64,000 bases of DNA from an uncultured Armatimonadetes bacterium (GTDB taxonomy: Bacteria; Armatimonadota; Hebobacteria; Hebobacterales; Hebobacteraceae): NCBI GenBank assembly GCA_963716175.1, contig OY970296.1:4352001-4416000 (forward strand), read 5' to 3'. Of the stretch, positions 39,140 to 49,878 are shown one piece after another. The first letter of the stretch is position 1. Every line of letters starts with the position of its first letter. The translations under genes were made by a program, and so were the position numbers. Below the pieces are notes generated by a model. That model saw only the letters and a list, made by a program, of their open reading frames with translations, had not been told where the DNA came from and made no database searches.

Positions 39140-39286
39140 GGCCCTGAACGGAGACGGGCCGGCGGGCACCGCGCGGCTGCGCCGCCCGCTACGGTGGCCG
39201 ATGGAGGAACAGGGAGAGGAGGTGATACGAGGTCCCTGTCGTGCGAGGTACCACAGCGATAAACCACACAGGAGGTATGACAGACG

Positions 39287-40354
39287 ATGATCTCGAGAAG
39301 ACGAGGCTTCACCTTGATTGAGCTGTTGGTGGTGATCGCGATTATCGCGATCCTGGCGGCGATGCTGTTCCCGGTGTTCGCGCGAGCGCGCGAGTCGGCG
39401 CGCAAGATTCAGTGCCTGGCCAACGTGAAGAACATCGCCACGGCCTTCCAGATGTACCTGACCGACTACGATAAGCTGCCGCCGCGTGAGCATCGCACAG
39501 AGGTGATAGACTACTTCGCAGGAGCGCCGGGCGCGGGTGACGGCGCGGAGGTCGGAGGCGATGGCATCTGGTGCGCGAATCAGACCAACCCGTATCTTCG
39601 TTTCCCAGTGGTCCTCGACGAGTACGTGAAGAACCGCGATGTCTGGCGCTGTCCCAGCGCCAAGATGGTGACGGGCGCGAGCTGGATTCTTCCTGGGCCA
39701 GACTGGTTCTCCTACATCCGGACCCGCGAGGGGCAATGGGGGACTGGCTTCCCTGGCATAGGCCCATGCTGGTTCACCTATCCGCCAGGGTGGGGCGGCA
39801 CCATTACTGACAGCCTCATCCAGGGCGTGCCGGCCACCTACGAGGCTGGGGCGCGCGGTCCGGGAGCGGGCGGAGCCTTCGAGATGACCATCGGCGTGCA
39901 CGAGGGCACGACTCACGAGGTGAAGCCCTCGCAGGTCGCAGATGCAGCCAGCTTCACCATCTGCGGCGACGGCGGCTCCAACCCCCAGGACAACAACCTC
40001 GGGACCCAGGCCTATCCCGATCTGTGCAACCTGGAGTGCGCGAACCCGGTCTGCTGCGGGCCGGACTGGCAGAACTGCCCTGGAATGGCCGAGAGCTCGG
40101 CCTGCGCCGCCTGCATCCTGCTCCACGCGCCAGGCGATGGCAGCTTCCTGAGGGACCCCAACCTGCGCAAGCCCTATGCCCGCCACCTGGGCGGAGTGAA
40201 CCTGGGCTTCCTGGATGGACACGCGGCCTGGGTGAACTCGGAGAGCGTAATCAGCAGGTTCGCGGCCGGCAACCTGACGGGCCTAGATGTCTGGGGTCCC
40301 ACCTCGACGTGCGGGTTCGCTCAGGACTACCCGGGAGTGCCGACTATCTACTGA
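39287..40354 (+). CDS. Prepilin-type cleavage/methylation protein with H-X9-DG domain
   Basis: [13 protein letters not shown]; [14 protein letters not shown]; AGGAGG upstream. Confidence 0.92.
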   Translation: MISRRRGFTLIELLVVIAIIAILAAMLFPVFARARESARKIQCLANVKNIATAFQMYLTDYDKLPPREHRTEVIDYFAGAPGAGDGAEVGGDGIWCANQTNPYLRFPVVLDEYVKNRDVWRCPSAKMVTGASWILPGPDWFSYIRTREGQWGTGFPGIGPCWFTYPPGWGGTITDSLIQGVPATYEAGARGPGAGGAFEMTIGVHEGTTHEVKPSQVADAASFTICGDGGSNPQDNNLGTQAYPDLCNLECANPVCCGPDWQNCPGMAESSACAACILLHAPGDGSFLRDPNLRKPYARHLGGVNLGFLDGHAAWVNSESVISRFAAGNLTGLDVWGPTSTCGFAQDYPGVPTIY

Positions 40355-40535
40355 ACAGTCTTTTGTGTTGACAGCAACCTGGTTGGTCTCGCCTGTGCCG
40401 GCGGAATGCGATAGTGAGATGTCTCTGGCGCTGCCGTGGCTGTTGGCATGAGAGGAGGTGATGCTAGTCCCTGCTCGTGATCTGTGCCTGGAAAGGGCGC
40501 TGTGAGAACGAAGCAACCAGCAAGGGAGCACACCC

Positions 40536-41525
40536 ATGGCTAGGAGACGCGATGGCTTCACGTTGATCGAGTTGTTGGTCGTGATCGCGATCATTGCGAT
40601 CCTGGCGGCGATGCTCTTTCCGGTGTTCGCGCGAGCGAGAGAATCGGCGCGCAAGATCCAGTGCCTGGCGAATGTGAAGAACATCGCCCTGGCAGTCCAG
40701 ATGTACCTGACGGACTACGACAGGTTCCCGCCCAGCGAGCACCGCTCCGATGTGGTGGAATGGTTCAACGACTACGGCGGAAACGACTGCTGTTGCAGAT
40801 CCTGGGTGCAGAATCCGTATCTGCGCTGGATGGTGGTCTTCGACGAGTATGTCAAGAACCGCGATGTCTGGCGCTGTCCCAGCGCCCGGCGGACACCGAC
40901 CTACATGATCAACCCCTGCGTACCGGACTGGTTCACCGCCATGAAAGAAGGCGCCAATACCGACTGCAGCTATAACGATTACTGCTGCGACGCGTTTCCT
41001 CCAGGATGGGGCGGCACAATCACTGACTCCTACACCCAGATCGAGCAGTGTGCTGGCGCCGATACCGGCGGCATAGAGATTGGGATCGGGGTCGAATCCT
41101 GGCATGCTCAGGACGAGAAGACCAGCCAGGTGAAAGACCCGGCCAAGAAGGTGGTCTGCTCTGATGGAGGGGGGTCCCAGATTGACCTTGCGAGATGCTC
41201 CTGGGTAGCCTACCCGGACTTCTGCCGACTGGACTGCGCGGGCTGTCTCGACAGAGATCCGGGTGCTGACTGGGTGAACTGCTCCTGGACCCAGGACTGC
41301 GGTGCCGGCAACAGGCAGTTCGGAACCGACCCCCAGTACCGCAAGGAACATGCTTACCCCCGCCACCTGGGGGGCAGCAACATCGGCTTCGCCGATGGTC
41401 ACGCCGCCTGGATGCCGGCCGAAGTGATCCTGTTTGGCGGAGACGAGGCCCATGGCTCCGGCAGGACCGCTGCCCCGTTGGAGGGCCTGGAAATCTGTGG
41501 AGCGTTTGTAGCGCCATTTCCGTAG
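40536..41525 (+). CDS. Prepilin-type cleavage/methylation protein with H-X9-DG domain
   Basis: [13 protein letters not shown]; RHLGGSNIGFADGH. Confidence 0.92.
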   Translation: MARRRDGFTLIELLVVIAIIAILAAMLFPVFARARESARKIQCLANVKNIALAVQMYLTDYDRFPPSEHRSDVVEWFNDYGGNDCCCRSWVQNPYLRWMVVFDEYVKNRDVWRCPSARRTPTYMINPCVPDWFTAMKEGANTDCSYNDYCCDAFPPGWGGTITDSYTQIEQCAGADTGGIEIGIGVESWHAQDEKTSQVKDPAKKVVCSDGGGSQIDLARCSWVAYPDFCRLDCAGCLDRDPGADWVNCSWTQDCGAGNRQFGTDPQYRKEHAYPRHLGGSNIGFADGHAAWMPAEVILFGGDEAHGSGRTAAPLEGLEICGAFVAPFP

Positions 41526-41572
41526 AAGCTGTTTCATAACCTCCCCTGGGTAGGTTATGAAATGCGCTCTAG
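41523..41572. mobile_element. Minimal inverted-repeat element (family 2), sharing both ends with 56664-56795
   Basis: TAGAAGCTGTTTCATAACCT...AGGTTATGAAATGCGCTCTAG. Confidence 0.7.
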
Positions 41573-41622
41573 TCAGTCTTGAGCTTCATGCGCGGCTCCG
41601 GCTGCGGCCGGGGCCCAGCGAC

Positions 41623-41655
41623 GGGGCGGAGTCCGCCTGAGGCGGACTCCGCCCC
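41623..41655. repeat. Perfect 15-bp inverted repeat between convergent operons
   Basis: GGGGCGGAGTCCGCC-TGA-GGCGGACTCCGCCCC. Confidence 0.7.
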
Positions 41656-41811
41656 CTATCCGCCGGCCGGATTTGCACGCCTGGGCGTGCGACAGGTTCG
41701 CCTCGACCGCATGTCCTGGGTTTGGCCACTGGGCCTGGCGATGATGGCGCGCCCTGGGCGGCCCATGCGCGGCTGCGGGCATCGGCATGCCTGCCCTACA
41801 GGCCGCGCGGC

Positions 41812-43044
41812 CTACTCGTAACGCAGAGCTTCGATGGGGCTGAGCCGGGCCGCCTTCTGGGCCGGGTAGATCCCGAAGAAAAGGCCGGTGGCCGTGGCCA
41901 CGCTAACGGAGAGGAGGACCCACTGCGGAGTGATCAGCGCGGTGGTCTGAAACGCTCGCCCCAGCAGATTCGCGCCTGAACGCTCCCACCGCCACCCCTA
42001 CCAGTCCGCCCACGCTCGCAATCACGCACGACTCGATCACGAATTGAAGCCGGATGTCTCGGCTGGTAGCGCCAACCGCCTTGCGGAGACCGATCTCTCG
42101 CGTCCTCTCCGAGACCGAGACCAGCATGATGTTCATGATCCCGATGCCGCCCACGATCAGGGACACCACCGCGATGCCGGCCAACAGGTTGGTCATGGTG
42201 CCGGTGGCAGTCTGGAAGGCCTCGAGCAGGCCGGTCTGGCTGCGAATGGAGAAGTCGTCATTGTCATCGTAGGGCGGCAGAATGTGGTGGCGCTGGCGCA
42301 GCAGCCGCGAGATTTGCTCGGTGGCCAGGTCCATCGTGCTGCCCGAGGCGGCCTCCACGTTGATGTTGCTGAGGTTCGTGCGGTTGAACACCCGCCGCAG
42401 AGCAGTGCTCACCGGCACGATCACGATGTCATCCTGGTCCTGACCAAACGCGCCTGAGCCCTTGGTCTTCAGCACGCCGATCACCCGGAAGGCCACCCGG
42501 TTGACCTGCACATCGAGGCCCACTGGATTGGCGGTGGGGCTGCCCATGAGCTGGCCCACCACCGTCGGGCCCAACACCGCCACCTTCAGTCTGCCGGCGA
42601 CATCGTTGTCCGAGATGAAGCGACCCCGCTCCACCGGCGAGTTGTTCACCTCCCGGTACTCCGGAGTGGTGCCGACCAGTTGCGTCTGCCAGCTCTTGTC
42701 CCCGAGCTTGAGCGTCACTCCGCCTCGGACCTGCGGCGCCACCCCGGCTATGGTCTGCGGGAAATGGCGGGCGATCGCTTTGGCATCATCCTCCGTGAGC
42801 GTAGTCACCTGCCCCCCCGCGAAGGGGCCGCCGAACCTGATCTTCGGGTTGCCGGGGATCACGGTCAGCTGATTTGTGCCCAGCGAGGCGATGCTCTCAC
42901 TGACCTTTGCGCCTGCACCGCTGCCCAGCCCCACCATGGTGATCACTGCGCTGACGCCGATGATCACCCCCAACATGGTGAGGCCGGTGCGCATCTTGTT
43001 CCGGCCCAGCTCGCGCCAGGCCAGCCGAATGCTCTGCCAGATGT

Positions 43045-43048
<4 letters not shown>
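41812..43048 (-). CDS. MacB/FtsX-type ABC permease, +1 frameshift near 41979
   Basis: [37 protein letters not shown]; the canonical end [24 protein letters not shown] lies in another frame and stops at 41812. Confidence 0.88.
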
Positions 43049-43819
<771 letters not shown>

Positions 43820-43830
<11 letters not shown>

Positions 43831-45475
43831 CCCTGCCTCCTCCCCGGCCGCCCCCGCGCATTCCGAATGGCGTGAAGCGAGGACCGCCGCCCTGGCCCTG
43901 CTCCGGCAGCTGACCCGACACGACTACCGTGTCGCCTTCCTTCAACCCATCCAACACCTCGATGTGGTCCGCGTCGCTGACTCCGGTCTTGATCGGCACC
44001 GTGTTGAACTGCGGCCGCCCATTCCGACCCTTGGTCATGACACTCACCGTAGCCCCCTGGGCCCCCTGCCGCACCGCATCGATCGGGATGGCGAGCACGT
44101 CATCGCGCCGGGCGACGGTGATGTTGACGGTGGCCGTCATGTCGGGCTTGAGCAGATGCCCAGGATTCTGCAGCGCGATGGTCACATCGTAGGTGACCAC
44201 ATTCTGCTGCATCGTCGAGCCCGAGGCGATCTTCACCACGCGGCCGAAGAACTTCCGATCCGGATAGGCGTCTATCGTGACCTCGGCCGGCTGGCCCAAG
44301 CGCACCCGGCCGATATCGGTCTCATCCACAAAGGCATCCACCTGCAGGCGATCCAGATCGGCGACGATGATGAGAGTGGGCGCAGAGAGTCCGGCCGCGA
44401 TGGTCTCGCCCTGCTGTTGGGTGAGCTGCAGCACGGTGCCGGAGATGGGAGTGCGGATGAAGGCCTTCGCCAGTTGCGCCCGGCTCTGCGCCAGCCCGGC
44501 CTCGGACTGCTTGACCGCCTCCCTGGCCTCGGCCACCTGCTGCTGCTTGATGGCGTTCTGTGCCGTTCCCGCTTGCGCCGCCGCGAGCGCCGCCTTCGCC
44601 TGGTTCACCTGCTGACGCGCAGACTCGAGGTCGGCGTCCAGCTTGGTGTTGACCAGCCGTTGATTTTCCTGCGCCGAAGCTAGCTGCGCGGAGTTCACCT
44701 CGGCTGTGGTTCTCGCCGTGTCAACATCCGCCTGGGCCACGTAACCCTTCTGGAAGAGCTGCTGCGTGCGCTTGAGATTGGCCTGGGAGTTGGTGTCATT
44801 CGCCTGCGCCTGGCGCACGGCGGCTTGCGCCGTCGCCCGCTGCAGATCGGCCGACCTCTCCACCTGCGTGAGGTTTGCCTGCGCTGCGATCAGCGCGGCT
44901 CGCGCGCTCTGGATGGCGGTTGCCGACTGGGTGCCTTGCAGACTCACGCCCGCCAGTTGCTCCGAGAGCCTACTCCGGTTGAGGGCCAGCGTGGCCTCAG
45001 CCTGGCGCACCTGAGCTTCCAGGTCGGGCACGCCCAATTCCGCGATCATCTCGCCTGCCTTCATCTGGGTGCCGACATCCGCGAACAGGCGCTTGATCGT
45101 CCCTGTGATCTGAGAGCCGATTTTCACCATGGCGCCGGTCTGGGCCGTGACCGAGCCGGTGGCCGATACCGTCTCGGTGATGCTCATCTTCCCAGCCTGG
45201 CCTGTCACCAGACCTACTGGCAGCCCCGGCCAATCGGCGCGCCGGATCACGAAGGCCGCGATCAGCGCCGCCACGACAGCTACGATCACCAGATTTGTGA
45301 CTAGCCGCCGCCGTCCCTTGGCCGCGCGCACGCGCGCCCCGGCATCACGCGCCCCACCAGCGCGCGCGGTCGCACGGCGCGCGGCGCCGTCACCGTTGTA
45401 TGCGCTGTCGGGGGCCCCAGCCGCCTGATGTTCGCCGGCTCCCTCTGAAGTGCTGGCGCTCTTGCTTTCTGTCAT
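43820..45475 (-). CDS. Efflux periplasmic adaptor (MacA/HlyD family)
   Basis: TM anchor, long coiled coil, [29 protein letters not shown]. Confidence 0.92.
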
Positions 45476-45478
45476 CAC

Positions 45479-46876
45479 CTACTCTCCTTCGATCGCGCCC
45501 AGCGCCGATTCCAGCGCGGCAAGCGAGGTGCTCAGCCCGAAGCGCGCGTTCACGAGATTGGTGCGCGCGGTCAAAGCGGCAGTCTCAGCATCGGTCACCT
45601 CGATATAGGCGGCCACGCCGGTCTCGTAACGGCCCGTGGCCAATCTCAGCTGCTCCTCTGCACTCGCCACCTCTGCTCCAGCGGCGGTGACTTTCTGTCG
45701 CGCGGTCTGCACGTTCAGATAGGCCTGCACGACCTGGGAGCTAACCGTCTGCTCGGTCTGCCGAAGCTGTGTCCGCGCGGCGAACAGATTCGCTTCCGCC
45801 TCTCGGATCCGCCCCTTGGTCAGTCCCACGTCCACCAGCGGCCAGGTCATGCTGACCCCGTAGGCCCAGCTGCTGTTTTCGGGGGGAAAGGTGCTTCCGG
45901 TCAGCCCGTAGCTGCCATTGACGAAGAAGCCCGGCCAATTCGTCCTGCGGGCCACCCGCAGCGCGTTATCAGCCGCCTCCACATCGGCTCGCGACTGCCT
46001 CACCGCGGGCCGATTCGCGAACGCCTCCTCTACGAGCTGCGCCGGGTCGGGCAGCGACGGCCCCACTTCCTGCGTCTGCTCGACGCGAGTGGGTGTCCTC
46101 ACATCCACGCCCAGCGCGAGGTCTAGGTTCACCCGGGCCGCCGCCACCGCGTTCTGCGCGTTCGCCAGGTTGAGCACCGCATCCGCCACCGCCGCCTCGG
46201 CCGTCACCACATCCGACCGCGGCGCCACCCCGGCCTGGTAGCGCGCTCGCGCCAGATCCAGGTGCGCTTGCTGGTCATCCACGTTCTGCTGCTGCACGTG
46301 GAGCAATTCCTGGTTTTGCAGGAGCGTGTAGTAGCTCTGCTTCACCTGGTTGATAGTGTCCTGCCGGGTCTGAGCGAGGGCCTGGCGAGCGGATTCCGCC
46401 TGATTCTGCGCCTGCCCCACCGTCGCCGGGGTCTTGCCGAAATCCCAGATCAGCTCGCGGCCCGAGAAGTTCGTGGTGTAGCCCCCGGTAGTGAACTGCC
46501 CGCCCACCGCGCTCACTCCGCCCCCGCCCCGGCTAGGCCCGGTCCGAGTGTGCTGCCCGCTGATGCTGACCGTCGGGTAGAGTCCGCTGGCAGCCTCGCG
46601 CACGCGCTCGTGAGCTGCCTCTGCGCTGTACCGGGCGAGGGCGACCTGCGGCTGCGCGTAGAGCGCAATGGCGATGGCCTCCTTGAGCGCCAACGCTCTC
46701 TCCAGCGGAACCTGGCTGGAGGCCGCCGCGGGAAGCGGCGGAACCTCCAGCGCCGGCAAGGTGGGCGCGGGAGTAGCGGGGGGGGGCGGCTGCGCGGAAG
46801 CCAGCGAGACGATTGCCAACAAGGTTGCGGCCCCCACCAGAAGGCGATATGCGGCTACGTGACGACCTTGACCCAT
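45479..46876 (-). CDS. TolC-family outer membrane protein
   Basis: Signal peptide; two OEP repeats (RYQAG, RYETG); first gene after MarR. Confidence 0.9.
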   Translation of the reverse strand: MGQGRHVAAYRLLVGAATLLAIVSLASAQPPPPATPAPTLPALEVPPLPAAASSQVPLERALALKEAIAIALYAQPQVALARYSAEAAHERVREAASGLYPTVSISGQHTRTGPSRGGGGVSAVGGQFTTGGYTTNFSGRELIWDFGKTPATVGQAQNQAESARQALAQTRQDTINQVKQSYYTLLQNQELLHVQQQNVDDQQAHLDLARARYQAGVAPRSDVVTAEAAVADAVLNLANAQNAVAAARVNLDLALGVDVRTPTRVEQTQEVGPSLPDPAQLVEEAFANRPAVRQSRADVEAADNALRVARRTNWPGFFVNGSYGLTGSTFPPENSSWAYGVSMTWPLVDVGLTKGRIREAEANLFAARTQLRQTEQTVSSQVVQAYLNVQTARQKVTAAGAEVASAEEQLRLATGRYETGVAAYIEVTDAETAALTARTNLVNARFGLSTSLAALESALGAIEGE

Positions 46877-47335
46877 CACTTCTCCTCCTCGCCCCGGGCG
46901 GCTTCGAGAGCGCTCCGAAGCAGGTTGATGCTGTCTGCAATCCGCTCCAACTCGTGCGCCGACAGACGACGCAGCGCGCCTGCCATGTGCCGCTGTCGCT
47001 CCTTCCGGAAGACCTCCCTGGCTCGCCTCCCGGCATCGGCGAGACGCACGTATACCACGCGCCGATCATCTTTCCCGCTCTCCCGCTCCACCAGCCCCCG
47101 CTGAATTAGACGATCCACCAGCCCGGTAGCAGCGCTGAGGGTGATCCCCAACTTGTGCGCGAGCTCGCCCATGGTGCAGTCGCCCTGGTCGCCAATGCCG
47201 TGGAGCGCGCGCATCTGCCGCGACGGTCAGCTCCATCTCCCCATTGGCTATGGGCAGCCCGTGATGGAGCCTGCGAAGGATCTCTGGCAGCCCCTCTGCG
47301 ATCTCGTTCAGACAGGCTTCTTTGTCTCGCGTCAT
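46876..47335 (-). CDS. MarR-family regulator, +1 frameshift near 47218
   Basis: MTRDK...ELTVA joins QMRALHG...TMGELA...DRLIQRGLVER...DRR if one G is removed from GCG GCA GAT. Confidence 0.85.
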
Positions 47336-47441
47336 ACTCGCTCCTCGGGCCTCAGGGACCAGATCCGGCCCCAGATACTTCGATGTACGAATACTGGGGC
47401 GGCCGCAGTACCAACAATGCGAATATTCTCTCTTCCTAAGT

Positions 47442-47470
47442 AACCTACGGCGCGCGCACGTCGCTGTCAA
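47442..47470 (-). promoter_or_regulatory. Sigma70-type promoter of the marR-tolC-macAB operon
   Basis: Minus strand TTGACA-17 nt-TAGGTT. Confidence 0.6.
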
Positions 47471-47538
47471 GGGCCAGCGGGCTACAATCCAGGGTGATTC
47501 CGTTGTGCATTGTGTCCGCCGGGAAGACGGTTTTCCCT

Positions 47539-47565
47539 GTAGGGGCGGGGACACCGAACCCCGCC
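47539..47565 (+). repeat. GTAG-type REP-like hairpin
   Basis: GTAGGGGCGGGG-ACACCGAA-CCCCGCC. Confidence 0.55.
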
Positions 47566-47724
47566 TGATCACCTCTGGACACCACCCAACCGACCAGAAC
47601 CGATGTGGCAACTGCCCGCCGTCCCGCGGGGACAGGGAGAGGAGATTCAGGCGACTAGCAGCAAAGGACGTGAGACTTGGGTGCACGCAGGCAAGCACCG
47701 AAGAGGCGGCCAGGAGAATCATCC

Positions 47725-48717
47725 GTGGAGAAGCGACAGTTGGGGCGGGACGGACTCACCGTGTCGGCGGTGGGTCTGGGATGCATGGGAATGTCGGAGT
47801 TCTACGGCAGCCGCGATGACACAGAGTCCATCGCGACGATCCACCGGGCGCTTGACCTGGGGGTCAACCTCCTCGACACGGCCGATATCTACGGGCCGTT
47901 CACGAATGAGGAGCTGGTGGGAAAGGCCATCGCGCGCCGCCGTGGCGAGGTGACGCTGGCCACCAAGTTCGGCATCGTGCGCGGTGAAGACCCCCAGTCG
48001 CGCGCGGCGAACGGGCGGCCAGAGTACGTCCGCTCTGCCTGTGAGGCCAGCCTGCGACGGCTGCGGGTCGAGACTATTGACCTGTACTACCAGCATCGCG
48101 TCGACCCGAACACGCCCATCGAGGACACGGTCGGGGCGATGTCGCAGTTAGTCAAAGAGGGCAAAGTCCGGTTCCTCGGCCTCTCCGAGGCCGGCCCGCA
48201 GACCTTGCGGCGCGCCTGCGCGGTCCAGCAGATCACGGCGCTCCAGAGCGAGTACTCCTTGTGGACCCGCGACCCCGAAGCGCGGGTGCTGCCGACCTGC
48301 CGCGAGCTTGGCATCGGCTTCGTCGCGTACAGTCCGCTGGGTCGCGGCTTTTTTACGGGGCGCTTCAGGAGCCCGGACGACTTCGAGGCGGGCGATTTCC
48401 GGCGCTCCACCCCGCGCTTCCAGGGCGGGAACTTCTCCAGGAACCTGGAGCTGGTGCGCAGGATCGAGCAGATGGCCGCCGAGAAGGGCTGCCGCCCGGC
48501 CCAGCTCGCCCTCGCCTGGGTGCTGGCGCAGGGCCGGGACATCGTCCCCATCTTCGGCACTAAGCGTCGCAGCTACCTCGAGGAGAACCTGGGAGCGCTA
48601 CGGATCGAACTGACGCGGCAGGACCTGGATCGGTTGAATGCACTCGTGCCGCCTGGTATCGCCGCTGGTGACCGCTACCCGGAGCAGACCATGAAGTTGA
48701 TCGAGTCGGCGCAGTAA
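47725..48717 (+). CDS. Aldo/keto reductase
   Basis: [40 protein letters not shown]. Confidence 0.95.
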   Translation: MEKRQLGRDGLTVSAVGLGCMGMSEFYGSRDDTESIATIHRALDLGVNLLDTADIYGPFTNEELVGKAIARRRGEVTLATKFGIVRGEDPQSRAANGRPEYVRSACEASLRRLRVETIDLYYQHRVDPNTPIEDTVGAMSQLVKEGKVRFLGLSEAGPQTLRRACAVQQITALQSEYSLWTRDPEARVLPTCRELGIGFVAYSPLGRGFFTGRFRSPDDFEAGDFRRSTPRFQGGNFSRNLELVRRIEQMAAEKGCRPAQLALAWVLAQGRDIVPIFGTKRRSYLEENLGALRIELTRQDLDRLNALVPPGIAAGDRYPEQTMKLIESAQ

Positions 48718-49393
48718 GAGGGTAGCCCCGGAGCGGGGGCCGAACGCTCCCGGCGCGCTCGCCGATGCGCGGCTCGGTTCCCGCGATCAAGCGCCTGATA
48801 TTGTTCGTATGGCGCACCAGGACCAGCGCCGCCATCGCCACGGAGAGGATCAGGTACGGCCTGGGGGGATGGGCGGCCCACATCGCCGCCGGAACGCACG
48901 CGCTCGCCAGCATGGTCACGGGCGAGATCCACAACCACCGGCCGGCCAGTGCTCTGGGTGCTATCAGCCCCAGGGCCCACAGGCCAAGGGGGGCCAGCGC
49001 CAGCCGCCACGGGAGGACGCTAAGGCGAGCCAGGCCAACCAGGACGCCCAGCGCACAGGCCACGGCCTTGCCCTCCGCGAACCGCCCATCGCGGAGCAGG
49101 AACCAGAGTGAATAGGCATGACCCAGCATCACCAGGAAGGCCGCGGCCGCGACGACGGCTGCCGGCATCGCGAGCATCCCGGCGACGAGCACCATCACCA
49201 GCGCCTTGCCTACGTCTGCGATCAGGGTGACGAGGCCCAGCCAAACGCCTCCCACTCTCGCCACGTTGATTGCTCCCATGTTATGGGAGCCGTACTTGCG
49301 CACGTCCAACCCTTTCGCCGCGCGCACGAGCAGATAGCCGCACGGGACTGACCCGATCAGATAGGCGAACAGCAGCACACCCGCGGTGATCAT
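48560..49393 (-). CDS. plsY: PlsY-like glycerol-3-phosphate acyltransferase, divergent; 3' end uncertain
   Basis: [51 protein letters not shown]. The frame runs on about 158 bp into the convergent AKR gene. Confidence 0.75.
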   Translation of the reverse strand: MITAGVLLFAYLIGSVPCGYLLVRAAKGLDVRKYGSHNMGAINVARVGGVWLGLVTLIADVGKALVMVLVAGMLAMPAAVVAAAAFLVMLGHAYSLWFLLRDGRFAEGKAVACALGVLVGLARLSVLPWRLALAPLGLWALGLIAPRALAGRWLWISPVTMLASACVPAAMWAAHPPRPYLILSVAMAALVLVRHTNNIRRLIAGTEPRIGERAGSVRPPLRGYPLTAPTRSTSWSAPGSGHQRRYQAARVHSTDPGPAASVRSVALPGSPRGSCDA

Positions 49394-49866
49394 CTCGTTT
49401 CTCCCGCCGCCACCAGAACGGCGCTCCGCACCTGCCGCTCCAGCTCGCGGATCTTCTCGATCTTGCGCTCCGACTCGCCGCCGCGGAATCGCGCATCCAG
49501 CCAAGCGTCAACGATGGCAGAGGCCAGCTCGGGCCTAACCACCGTCGCGCCCAACGTGATGATCTGGGTGTTGTTGCGCTCCCGCGCGAGATGGGCAGTG
49601 CGGGCATCCGTCACCGGGGCGGCGTACACCCCCGGCACCTTGTTGGCGGCGATTGCCATCCCCAGTCCGCTCCCGCAGATGAGGATGGCGCGCTCGATCA
49701 GGCCGCTTCGCACTGCTTCTGCCACCGCGGCCGCGACGTCGGGGTAGTCAACCGGCTCCTGGGAGAAGCAGCCGAAGTCCCGGACTTCCCCGCCCCGCTC
49801 GCGCAAGTGCGCACACAATCGCCGCTTCAACTCGAACCCGTTGTGGTCGCTTCCGATGCCGATCAT
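49390..49866 (-). CDS. rpiB: Ribose-5-phosphate isomerase B (RpiB/LacA/LacB family)
   Basis: GSDHNG, VDYPD, ICGSGLGMAIAANKVPG. Confidence 0.88.
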   Translation of the reverse strand: MIGIGSDHNGFELKRRLCAHLRERGGEVRDFGCFSQEPVDYPDVAAAVAEAVRSGLIERAILICGSGLGMAIAANKVPGVYAAPVTDARTAHLARERNNTQIITLGATVVRPELASAIVDAWLDARFRGGESERKIEKIRELERQVRSAVLVAAGETR

Positions 49867-49878
49867 GGCAGTGCCTCC

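Noticed and set aside
40368-40400. Separate promoter for the second tandem pilin gene
   Set aside because: TTGACA is present but there is no -10 element at 16-18 nt spacing.
39287-41525. Diversity-generating retroelement acting on the pilin genes
   Set aside because: No reverse transcriptase and no template/variable repeat pair; differences include indels and are not adenine-specific.
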